Shown here: positions 40,403-50,735 of the stretch, piece after piece
Layout: the number at the start of each line of letters is the position of its first letter
Position numbering within the stretch: the stretch's first letter is position 1
From: Paraspadella gotoi
Lineage: Eukaryota > Animalia > Chaetognatha
NCBI GenBank assembly: GCA_051294375.1
Contig: CM119268.1
Location: forward strand, 4,169,569-4,233,568
Direction of reading: 5' to 3'
Length of the DNA: 64,000 nucleotides
Notes under the pieces: model-generated
What the model saw: the letters and a program-made list of their open reading frames with translations, nothing else
What the model was told of the DNA's origin: nothing
Databases searched by the model: none
Made by a program: the position numbers and the translations under genes

Positions 40403-43400
40403 ACGCTGTGCCCCGCGCCGATAAAGATTCACCAGACAACTTCCTGCTCCGCGTGAAGGATGCCACCGACGGCCGCCAGTGGCTGGTCGACGGCGGCGCC
40501 CTCGTCTCATTAGTCCCGCCAACCGCGGCCCAGCGAGTAGCAGGGCCTGTCGGACCCAAGCTCCAAGCGGCCAACGGCACTCCTATCAACTCGTACGGCG
40601 TCGTCCGCCGACGAGTAGTGCTGGGCACAAGAGTTTTCTCTTTCGACTTCCTCGCAGCCGACGTCACCCAAAGTATTTTGGGAGCGGATTTTTTGGCCGA
40701 GTTTTACCTCGCGCCAAATCACAGGGACGGCACCTTACTAGACCTTCGGGACCTGTCAACAATCTCGTGCGACGTCTCAGAGATAACGCCGCCCTCTCAT
40801 GTAAATTTAGTTGAAGAAAAGGACAATGCTTACTATCAGTTACTCGACCAATACTCTACCCTTTCGACGCCAACATTCGAAATTAAAGAGCCAAAGCATG
40901 GAGTCAAGCATCACATTCCGACCTTCGGCCGACCATGTCAAGCAAGGGCTCGTCGACTCCCACCGGAGAAGCTCGCCGTGGCGAAAGCAGAACTCGAGAA
41001 GCTAGTCGCACTCGGCGTCGCCAAACGGGCAAAAAGCTCGTGGTCGTCGCCACTGCTCTGCGTCCCAAAAGCTGATGGCGGCTGGAGATGCTGCGGAGAT
41101 TTTCGTCGACTAAACGCCAACACAAAGGATGACAAATATCCAGTGAAGCTTCTCGCAGACTTCAATGCAGAACTGGCAGGGAAAAAAGTGTTCTCAAAGA
41201 TCGACTTACTCAAGGGATATCACCAGATCCCCGTGGCCGAAGAGGACATCCCAAAAACAGCAGTGATCACTCCATTTGGCCTATTCGTCTTTCTCCGCAC
41301 CCCTTTTGGCCTCAAAAATGCGGGGCAAGACTTTCAGCGGATGATGGACGAAATCTTAGGCGACATACCACACACATACGTCTACTTAGACGACATCCTC
41401 GTCGCCAGTGTCGATCAAGAGGAACACCTCAAGGACTTGAAGGCTGTCTTCGACTCGCTCGCCGAAAACGGTTTGGTAATCAACCGTAAGAAGTGCGTGC
41501 TAGGCCAACCATCGCTTGAGTTCCTAGGATACTTAGTGGACGCTACGGGAGTGAAGCCTCTCCCTCAAAAGGTGGAAGCAATCCGCGCCACCAACCCACC
41601 CACCACCGTCAAGGAACTGCAGCGCTTCCTCGGCATGGTTAATTACTATCGCCGATTCATACCGAACGCCGCCCACCATGCCGCGGCCCTGTATGACATC
41701 CTTGCCGGTAAGCCCAAGCAGTTGAATTGGTCAGAGAAATGTTCGAGTTCGTTCGACGCCATTAAGGAAGCACTGGCCAACGCCGCACTCCTTCGCCACC
41801 CTCGAACCAATGCCCAGCTAGCCCTTACTACCGACGCATCCGACATCGCAGTCGGCGCCGTCTTGGAGCAGAGGACGCCACAAGGGTGGGAACCCTTGGC
41901 GTTTTTCTCCGCCAAGCTTGATGAAACGCAGCGCCGATGGCCTCCATTTGACAGAGAGTTGTACGGGGCTTTTCGAGCAGTTCGACATTTCCGTCACTGG
42001 CTCGAGGGCAGGTCTTTCACATTATATACCGACCATCAGTCTTTGATTCATGCCCTGCACAAGCGGGCTGAGCCACAAACGACTCGGCATAATTTCCAGC
42101 TCTCGGTTATTTCAGAATTTACTACAGACATTCGACACATCCGCGGCAAGGCCAATGTGGTCGCAGATGCCCTCTCAAGGCCAAACCCACCTCCAGCCAT
42201 CTCCGCCATCGAACAAGCTGTCCCCGCTGACAAACTCCAGGATCTCGACAGCACCATCAACGCCATTGGCCACGAGGGCATTGACCTCGAAGAGATGGCG
42301 AGGCACCAAATCCTAGACAGAGACTATCAAAGCCTCTCGAGAGACGCTCGTACAGGACTCCGTTTTCGCAAGGTCACAGTCGGCGACCAGCAACTCATCG
42401 TCGATATCAGCAACGGCCCCGCCCGGCCCTTCGTCCCTGAGGCATGGCGCCGGAAAATCTTCAACGCCGTTCATGGATTGGGCCACCCCGGCGTCGCGAG
42501 GACCAGAGAAGCAATCTCGGCAAAATTTGTTTGGCCATCCCTCAGAAGCGATACAACACGCTGGGCCCGCGAATGCTTGGCGTGTCAGCAGGCAAAAGTC
42601 ACTCGACACACAGTCCCTAACATTGGCGACTTTGAGGTTCCTGCTAAGCGATTCCAGCACCTCAACGTCGATATCACGATCATGCCACCGTCCAACGAAT
42701 ATAGTTATTTGTTAACTGTAGTGGATCGTTTCACCCGTTGGCCAGCTGCGTTGCCCATGAAGGACATGTTGACAACCACGGTCGTCGATACACTCACGCA
42801 CGGCTGGATATCAACCTTCGGCATCCCGTCAGATATTACCACGGATCGCGGTGCCCAGTTCGGCTCCGCCATTTGGACCCAACTCACCAACGCCTGGGGG
42901 ATCAAGCATCATCGGACTGCTGCATACCATCCCCAGGCCAATGGCCTGGTGGAACGTTTTCACCGGCGCCTGAAGGAAGCAATTATTGCTTTAGGTGAAG
43001 AGGAGCCCCATCAATGGTACTGGCGCCTTCCCTCGGCCCTTCTCGCCATTAGGACAACGTTAAAGCCCGACATCGGCGCTTCACCTGCCGAATTAGTTTT
43101 CGGCGAAGGCTTGGCCGTCCCCGGCGACTTGCTACCTCCTCCACCAAACGACGACGCTCTTCACGAACAACGCCGCCTCGCGCGTAACAATCTCCGATTG
43201 GAGGTCGAGCGTCTCCAGCCGACCGAGACTTCCACTCACCGAGAACCCCGAGTATATCTACCAGAAACACTTGTCGCCGCATCGCACGTCTTTATCAAGC
43301 GCGCTGGTGTCAAACGTCCTTTAACGGCGCCATACCAAGGCCCTTACAAAGTTGTCTCTAGGGACAATCTCAACTTCCGGGTGGAAGTTCCCGGCCACGG

Positions 43401-44001
43401 AATTGAGACGGTCGCAATATCGCGCATTAAGCCCGCGACAATCTGGAGAGAAGACTCAGGATTGGAACGACTCTCTCAACCGCCCACTCCGCCGTCACCA
43501 CCACGACCGGGCCGCCGACCGGGCCCACGTACTCGTCAACCGGAGCCAACAACACGCGTAACTCGTTCAATGGCTCGCCGTCAACGAGAAGCGTCTCTCC
43601 TTCCAGGCGCTAACGACGACGAGGACGACGACGACGACGATGATGGCCTTAATCCCCAGAGAAACCTCTTAGCTTCAGCGACGCCACTGGTAGTGACAAT
43701 GTCTCCTCCAGCGGTAACGCCCACTTCCAACGTCGAATACGTCGACAAAAATGCGAGAACCCTTCAATCCCGTGAACAAGACCCGTCACTCCCATTTGGC
43801 GCACCTCCTCCATCTCCGGCAACAGAAATGCCATTAGCGCCTACGCCAACGTCTGACGTGGCCTCGTGGCGCCAACCGCGCCTGGTTCCGGGACGATTCC
43901 CACAACCGACGCCGTCAAACTCTCCATATAAAACAATAAACAGTTCAAACCGGCCAAAGTATAATGACGTGTTGCGTTACCTAATAAACAATGTAAATTA
44001 A
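40276..44001 (+). CDS. pol: Pol polyprotein (protease, reverse transcriptase, RNase H, integrase, long C-terminal tail); probably entered by frameshift near 40378
   Basis: LVDGGA and ILGADFL (PR); KIDLLKGYHQI, PFGLKNA, YLDD (RT); TDAS, TDH, NVVADALSR (RH); HGLGH...CLAC, D-D-E core and GPY (IN); uninterrupted ORF. Confidence 0.97.
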   Translation: MSMAFEIRRRRFSLRAGLRQKKRAPRPQGDVIGKRRRGPAQVNAVPRADKDSPDNFLLRVKDATDGRQWLVDGGALVSLVPPTAAQRVAGPVGPKLQAANGTPINSYGVVRRRVVLGTRVFSFDFLAADVTQSILGADFLAEFYLAPNHRDGTLLDLRDLSTISCDVSEITPPSHVNLVEEKDNAYYQLLDQYSTLSTPTFEIKEPKHGVKHHIPTFGRPCQARARRLPPEKLAVAKAELEKLVALGVAKRAKSSWSSPLLCVPKADGGWRCCGDFRRLNANTKDDKYPVKLLADFNAELAGKKVFSKIDLLKGYHQIPVAEEDIPKTAVITPFGLFVFLRTPFGLKNAGQDFQRMMDEILGDIPHTYVYLDDILVASVDQEEHLKDLKAVFDSLAENGLVINRKKCVLGQPSLEFLGYLVDATGVKPLPQKVEAIRATNPPTTVKELQRFLGMVNYYRRFIPNAAHHAAALYDILAGKPKQLNWSEKCSSSFDAIKEALANAALLRHPRTNAQLALTTDASDIAVGAVLEQRTPQGWEPLAFFSAKLDETQRRWPPFDRELYGAFRAVRHFRHWLEGRSFTLYTDHQSLIHALHKRAEPQTTRHNFQLSVISEFTTDIRHIRGKANVVADALSRPNPPPAISAIEQAVPADKLQDLDSTINAIGHEGIDLEEMARHQILDRDYQSLSRDARTGLRFRKVTVGDQQLIVDISNGPARPFVPEAWRRKIFNAVHGLGHPGVARTREAISAKFVWPSLRSDTTRWARECLACQQAKVTRHTVPNIGDFEVPAKRFQHLNVDITIMPPSNEYSYLLTVVDRFTRWPAALPMKDMLTTTVVDTLTHGWISTFGIPSDITTDRGAQFGSAIWTQLTNAWGIKHHRTAAYHPQANGLVERFHRRLKEAIIALGEEEPHQWYWRLPSALLAIRTTLKPDIGASPAELVFGEGLAVPGDLLPPPPNDDALHEQRRLARNNLRLEVERLQPTETSTHREPRVYLPETLVAASHVFIKRAGVKRPLTAPYQGPYKVVSRDNLNFRVEVPGHGIETVAISRIKPATIWREDSGLERLSQPPTPPSPPRPGRRPGPRTRQPEPTTRVTRSMARRQREASLLPGANDDEDDDDDDDGLNPQRNLLASATPLVVTMSPPAVTPTSNVEYVDKNARTLQSREQDPSLPFGAPPPSPATEMPLAPTPTSDVASWRQPRLVPGRFPQPTPSNSPYKTINSSNRPKYNDVLRYLINNVN
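40372..40420 (+). promoter_or_regulatory. Programmed -1 ribosomal frameshift signal
   Basis: G GGA AAC heptamer (40372-40378) in gag phase, followed by GC-rich stem CGCGGGCCAGCG / CGCTGTGCCCCGCG; pol is in the -1 frame. Confidence 0.85.
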
Positions 44002-44125
44002 TTTATACATTCACAATTACACATTTTTTTTTTCTTCTTTAGACAGCATGTATTCACTAAACTCTTATTCTCACTTACCTATTATTAAGCCCATTCGTTC
44101 CGTAAATATAGATATATTTCCGTCT

Positions 44126-44133
44126 GGGGGGGA
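44126..44133 (+). promoter_or_regulatory. Polypurine tract
   Basis: GGGGGGGA directly before the 3' LTR. Confidence 0.8.
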
Positions 44134-44700
44134 TGTAGATTCGAACTTCTGACCCTTCAGCCACGAGCTGGGGCCAGCCAGTGTTCGCCACTGAGACACT
44201 TTTAATTATTCCAATATTAATGTTATTATACAGTTTTGATACAATTGCTTGTTTCCCTTTTGATATTACTAAACAAATGAACAATCTATTTTCCCAAAGC
44301 AAATCAGCTGACTGAACAGAACCTAATTCTTATGATTCTTTAGTTCTGCTTGGGAACCATTTTAACTCTTTACAACTTAGTAACTCAACTGGAATCCGTT
44401 ACTAATTTATTACTTATTAATTGTTATGGTGCTCACCATTTTACTTGTTATTAATTAGATAAATAATTAATTGATTTCTTGCAATTTTAGTCATATAGAT
44501 ATTGTGATTGCTTGATGGCAAAAGCAGCAGAATATCTATATGCTTTGATTATTTTATTAAGGTTGATTTTACTCATTAACCAAGCAAGTTGGTTTATAAA
44601 ACTTTCAATACAAAGCTTGATAAACTTTACAATCATTCTGAGCGTCAACGTCACTTCCGGTCAGCACCCGAATCACCTCTCCGGTCCCATGCCATCTACA
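44134..44700 (+). repeat. 3' LTR
   Basis: TGTAGA...TCTACA inverted termini; direct repeat of the 5' LTR. Confidence 0.92.
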
Positions 44701-45010
44701 CAATCTTCATCGACTTTATGCCGACAAAGGGCTGATACAGCAGGAAAAGGCACACAAGCCAACTGGCAGAACAAAGAAATCAGCTTTACCGCCAGTCAGC
44801 AAGGAAAATCCCTACAGGCGGCTCCAGAAGACATCAAAATTGGGGACTGGTACTCACAAGGCAGACCTGATAATGACGGGCGCCGCGCCAACTGAAAACA
44901 AGGTTAAACGAATTAGTCTGGGCCCCAATAAAGTTGATAGAAAAAGATGGAGACACTATACAGTCATGTATCGCCGGCAAAAGCTATGAATATCACAGAC
45001 GCCACTAAAA
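44701..45010 (+). pseudogene. Possible degenerate integrase C-terminus of an older LTR element
   Basis: Broken frames give IKIGDW and W-GP-K-IEKDGDT-like text resembling the GPY/F region; heavily frameshifted. Confidence 0.35.
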
Positions 45011-46019
45011 GCTGCCACACAAAAAATGCGCTCAGTAAACCAAACCCATAAAGAAAAAAAACTGTAAATATATTGTACCATAGCCTCATCAAACATTCAG
45101 ACTAAACAAATAGTTTTGTGAATAAACTCATAATTCTGGGCCATAGTTTAAACAAATTCGAAATCACAAAAAAAAACTAAAAACTCAAAACCATTAACGA
45201 ATAAGCAGTTCATAAAAAAAAAAAAAAAAAAAGAATATACAACAACAACTCGACAAATGTATTTTTTCAAGAATGACAACAAGGAAACAGCTTTTCTTTC
45301 TACAAGTTCTGATACAAAAATAGCGACGATAACAAGAGACAAAGAGACCGCTCCTTTAAAAGTCAAGACAGAAGGCCCCCCCCAAGACTTCCGGCTACCG
45401 ACTGACCCGCGTAGCACGCGTCGTCTGAGGAGGGGACGCGCATCACAAGATGAATGAAACCGGAAACAAGAGGAAAGGATTAAGGAAGAGGATCCACGGA
45501 AGAGGAAAAGATTCTGGTAATGATTTCAAATGGGATTTTTGGAAGCCAAAAATCCAGAAAAGGAACAATAGTATTCGCGGAAGAAAGGAAAAGAAAGGTT
45601 CCAGAAGAGGAAGAGGAGGATTCGCGAGAAAGAGGAATCTGGCTTCGTCTAACTTGCCCATTATAAATAGCCCTCTGTTCTGCTTTGATTCACTCTGGTT
45701 TGAAAATTGACACACGTTCTCTTTGTCTACTTCTGAGAAATAAATTCCACCTTTGGTTTCATATTGATAATCACCTGTCTGTTTACTTAAATGATACAAA
45801 TAAAAATATAAATCTTTTACACTAACTGCGATTGGAAAAAATCGGAAAAATTTTCCAATGTAAACAATTGTAACATATTTGGCCTTTCTGTTTATAATTC
45901 TTTCTAAATTATATAATATACTATTTTTTCTTTTTAGAAATAGAACGCAGTTCAGGCTCTGCAGATGACGTAACAGCGCTTCCACAGCTAGTCCATTACT
46001 TGTTGTCTCTACTGTCTGC

Positions 46020-46800
46020 ATCTGTAACTTTCTTTCAGTCTGTACATAGACATCCAGTCTACCGCCCCACACAAATGAACAAACTGACACCGCGGAACCG
46101 TAAAATGTTTCATAAATGCCTTTCCCATCTCAAAAATGACTTACTTCAGCAATACATACCCATTCGTCCTCCATCCAATCACTTTCCTTCTTAACTTATA
46201 CGCAACGCCAACAACAAAGGATCTACCACATCACACAACTTAATTTCAAAACACTCCCGCATCACGGCACTCACCCATCCACAAACCGTCACCAGGCCCC
46301 TACACCCACTAGGGTGGAGTGATTGAAAAGGATTGAGCGATTGAACTTTTTTTGCTGTTAATTAATTAAATCGCTTTAAAAAATATTCTAAAGCATAAAA
46401 GTATAGTAAACTTCAATATTAGTAATAATGATTGCCTTATAATTTTTTTAAATATTTTAAAGAACAAGATTGTGGATCGCCAATAAAAAAAATTAAAGAT
46501 ATCTTTTATGAAAATGAAACAAGGTGAAAAATATACAAAAATCAAATAGAGTTATATTAATATTAATGTTATAACGCTTTACAATACCCTTTCCCGTTAT
46601 GCGTCGATTACCATACAGCGCTTACTTCACACCGTCGCTATTTTGTATCTCACTACAGTTCCTTCCACCAGCATGTCCTCGATCTCCAGCCACCTCCCTT
46701 CTCCACGGATCCAATCCAGCCTCAAAGGATCACCAGACCTACACGTGCATCTCCTTGCTATCCGCTGCTCCTCACCTACCGGAGGAATACCACTCTGTCA
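46020..46800 (+). pseudogene. Possible degenerate LINE APE-endonuclease remnant
   Basis: Short motifs VYRP (~46057) and ITRPTR (~46729) in the expected order, separated by an AT-rich segment; no continuous ORF. Confidence 0.3.
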
Positions 46801-47049
46801 CTCCAGTTTTAGTCAATTGTTTGGAGCACGTCTCTTGTTCAAAATTGGGCAATTATTCGTTTATTCAGAAGACTTGCAATTTGTTAATAAGAAAATCTCA
46901 TTCTACTGTCTCATAGCAACTGTCACTCCTACGCAACCTGCACACCAGCACCTTCCACTCCTTCCACTATCATGTCGTCGGTGTTTACAGTACATTCATG
47001 GATGTAAGCAAAGCGGTTTTGATCAAAAGTGAAATGAATTATGCGTCTT

Positions 47050-47500
47050 CTTACTGAAGCCCTCTAGTAGATCGTGGAGTGCCATTATGATACTAAAAAT
47101 CTTGGTATAAATCTGGGTATATGGCAACTTAAAAAGTAAATTAGAAAACTGGAAAAGTACCATTAGTGATTCATTTGTATGTCTTCTGGCGACGCCAAGG
47201 AGGAGTCCTCAGTCCCTTACTTATGGGCGAGTATAACTGTCATCGATTTAATTTGGAACAAAAAATCAAGTGTTATGGTTGTTACAATAGCGACATATTT
47301 TTGTAGCATGCTATTTTATGCAGACGATATAGCATTACTTCACCATAACGATAAGAGGGTAATGCAAGTCTTAATAGATCATTTGTCAAAATATGCAAAG
47401 CGAATTTTGTTTTTACTTTAGTTTCAAAAAAACGAAAGTCCATGTATTTTGGGAAGTGGCAAAGTACAATATCCAAATGATAACTTATTTCTGCCGGAAT
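47050..47500 (+). pseudogene. Degenerate non-LTR retrotransposon (LINE) reverse transcriptase fragment
   Basis: Across frameshifts: RQGGVLSPYLW, YGCY, LFYADDIALL, MQVLID..SKYA, KKTK..YFG. Confidence 0.85.
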
Positions 47501-47674
47501 GGTAACTGTATCGATCTAGTGATAATAGGACATATCTAGAGGTTCAACCTTTAGCTAGTGGAACAGGAGATAGTGTCATCTCCCAAATGCCTCCGCCCGC
47601 GAAGGTGGCTCTAGGCGGCCGCCAGGGGCGAGACCTATTCCACAGGGGGNNNNNNNNNNNNNNNNNNNNNNNNN

Positions 47675-48357
47675 AGAGAGAGATGAGAGAGAAGGACACG
47701 GAAGATAAGAAGGAGCGAGGAAGGACAGAGGAGTGAAACAAGGAAATAAGGAAAAAAGAAAAGAAGCGATGAGAAGGAAAGGGAAAGGGAGAAAAAGAAA
47801 GAAAGAGAAGGAGGAATGGAAAGGATACAGAAAGATAGAAAGGAAATAGGGAAGGACAATGAGAAAAGATGGAAAGTAGGAAAAAGAAAGGAAAAGGGGA
47901 AAAGAAAGAACGAAGAGGTGGAGAGAGAAAAAGTAGATAGGGGTAGAAATATATAGTGGAAGAAACGAAGGGAGGAAGGAAAGTGAAAAAAGAAAACAGC
48001 GAGGAAAGATGGAAGAAAAGAAATAGAAAGGAGGAGCGAAAAAAAGGAGAAAATGAGATCGAGCGACTAAGAATATTTTCGTGAAATAAAATGCAAAAAT
48101 GCAGAATTATCAGCATATAAATGGAGATTCGTTAAATCTGAGCGGATCATTTCGAAAATCCTTCGCGTCACGAAACTCAAGGAAGCTGTGATTGCTCACC
48201 TTAGAGAAACGTTGAGGTGCGTCGCCTTGGTAACTGGAAAACATCGACTTGCGAAAGGGTGACTCACTTTGATGCCATTCAGCAGCGCCCAAGTCGATAG
48301 GGGAGTCGGAGCTTCTGGCTTGGGCAGCGATGGCTGTGGTTGGGGGAGATTGGATAT

Positions 48358-48445
<88 letters not shown>

Positions 48446-50677
48446 AGATTCGGATGAGAGAGAGAGAGATCAGCTAACACCCAACCGCGAATCGCAGAGT
48501 TTCCTCACGCAGACATTCGCTCTTCAATCTCCCGTAGAGAATTTTTTTATCGCCGACTTTTTTTTTTCTCCTCAAGCGAAAAAGAAATGAAAAAAAGAAA
48601 AAAAAAGAAAAAAGGAAAAGAGAGGGAAAAAAGGGGAAAAAAAAAAAAAGGGATTTGCATTTCCATTTTCGTCTTTCGGTTTTTTTTTTTTTTTCCACTC
48701 GAAATAATATATTGGTCCCCAATCCGTTTAGGGTCGGTCGTGAGCGCGCCAGGAGCTGGTCGTTGGTATGGAATGGAAAACTTGGACGGTTTTCCTGGGG
48801 CGTTGGCTTCGGCAGCCGCACAGCCGCCGTCGCCTTCCGGCAGCTTCCGGGTATCGCAGTCCGCGCCACTCTTTTTTGACACTCAATCCTTGAACGTACA
48901 ATGCTCCAACGGCCCCAGCCGTGAACGATTTCTTTAGCTCAGGGCGCGTCTCTCGTTACCACCTGGCGTTTTATTTCTTTGAGCAGTCTTAATCACATTC
49001 ACCGTGTTATCGACGCATGCAGTTGCCGTTGGTATTATTTTGAATCATATAAAGGACTATTGGCTGATGGTCTTGCACGTATTTCATCAAATTTTTCTTC
49101 AGCAATTGTTGGCTTCAATTGGCTTTAAAAACCACGTCTCGCTTTGCACTTTATCCTTTAACCATGTGTTTTTTTTATTAACGGCAGCTCACTGAAATAT
49201 TGAACTATCACGATCTTTCATTCAGGCCGAACCATGCTTTAAAACATTTCTCGTCGCCCGTGTTTCGGCAAGTTACCATAGACATACGCCGAAAACGCCG
49301 AAATTAGTCGGCTCTCCCGCCGCAGATTTCGTTATTTTCCCAATTCCCACTTTTTTTTCTTTCCCCAACGTCGATTCGCCTTCTAAACGCTTCTCTCGCT
49401 TATCATTCGGGCCATCTATGAATCCCATATTCGGCACATTAGGCAAAATTCCGCTATTTCATTTCGCCTCGGTATCATTTTCTTCTTTCATGCTTTCTCC
49501 GCTAAATGCGACCCTTTTTTTCATTTCTTTTCTTTTCTTTTATTCTGCCATTTCTTTTCTTTCTTTTCTTTACTTTTCTTTTTTTCTTATCTTTTTTTTT
49601 ATTTTTCTTTTTATCAGCTTTAGCTTTATTCTTTTTAATTTACATGTTTATCTTTTCTTTTCCTCACTTTTATTCTCCATTACTATTTCTTTCTTTTCTT
49701 TTTTCTTTTCTTTTTTTTCTTTCCTTTTTTTTAATTTTTATATTTTCATTTACTTTTATTTTCTAACTTTAAGAATCATTTTATCTTTCTTTTCCTGCAT
49801 TTTAATTTTCTCAATTTTCCTTAATTTGTTTTCTTTTCGCACTCTTTTACTTTTAGTCTTTCGCTTTTTCTCTTTCTTTTCTTCAAGCTTTTTTCCTCTC
49901 CATTTCTTTCTTCGCTCCATATTCTTTCATTGCATATGACGCCATTTTCTTCTCACAATTGGCTGTTCCTCTGACTCCTCCGAAATGCGATCGTGATTCA
50001 GACTGTTCATTCTTAACTTTGGGTTTCCATCTTTCTTTCCTTCACACACCCCGCTCCAGTAATTTTCCCCTTCCCCCCGCAGATGACAACCCCACCCGCT
50101 CAACCCACAGAGGGTGAATAAATGCCCAGGGGTCAAAGGTCGACCGGTGAACCATCCGTCGCGAAACCGCACACTGATGTTTTTGGCCCGGAATCCGGCG
50201 GTTGGACAGATCTCGCAGCTGAGTGAGTACGAGGACGATTTGGCGCTGACTCTGTGAAAAGATCGTTGAAAAGAAAAATAAATGTTCTCTCTCTCTCTCT
50301 CCCTCGTCTGACACGTGCATAATCTAGTACAGTAATTTTCGTTTTCTTTGAAGTTAAAAAAACTTAAAAAAAAATGTGTTACTCAGCTAACCGCACAGAC
50401 TGACTGACTGACTGACTGACTGACTGACTGACTGACTGACTGACTGACTCACTGACTCACAGAACTCACTCCACGTAACCAACTGACTTCTCTGGTAAGT
50501 GGGACATACTGAATCGAGGTTGAAACTTGACAAGGAGTGATCCATGAACCACAACTGGGCAGCGGAGGCTAAGATGGACTTCGTCTCTGTACGGACGTGA
50601 GTGACGAGACACCATGCCGGTCGAAAAGTAAAACTCATCAAAGAGGCTGTACAAAACTGAAAAATCCAATTTTCGAC

Positions 50678-50735
<58 letters not shown>

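Larger units (their letters stand above)
38599..44700 (+). mobile_element. Full-length Ty3/Gypsy LTR retrotransposon, CsRn1 (Kabuki/Boudicca-like) clade
   Basis: Two LTRs TGTAG...CTACA, tRNA-Trp PBS, gag with C-x2-H-x9-C-x3-C, pol order PR-RT-RH-IN, G-rich PPT. Confidence 0.95.

Noticed and set aside
44002-44133. env or extra ORF between pol and the 3' LTR
   Set aside because: Only ~130 bp of AT-rich non-coding sequence.
45258-45880. Possible solo LTR (TG start, TATAAATA at ~45662)
   Set aside because: No second copy, matching terminus or TSD could be identified in the window.
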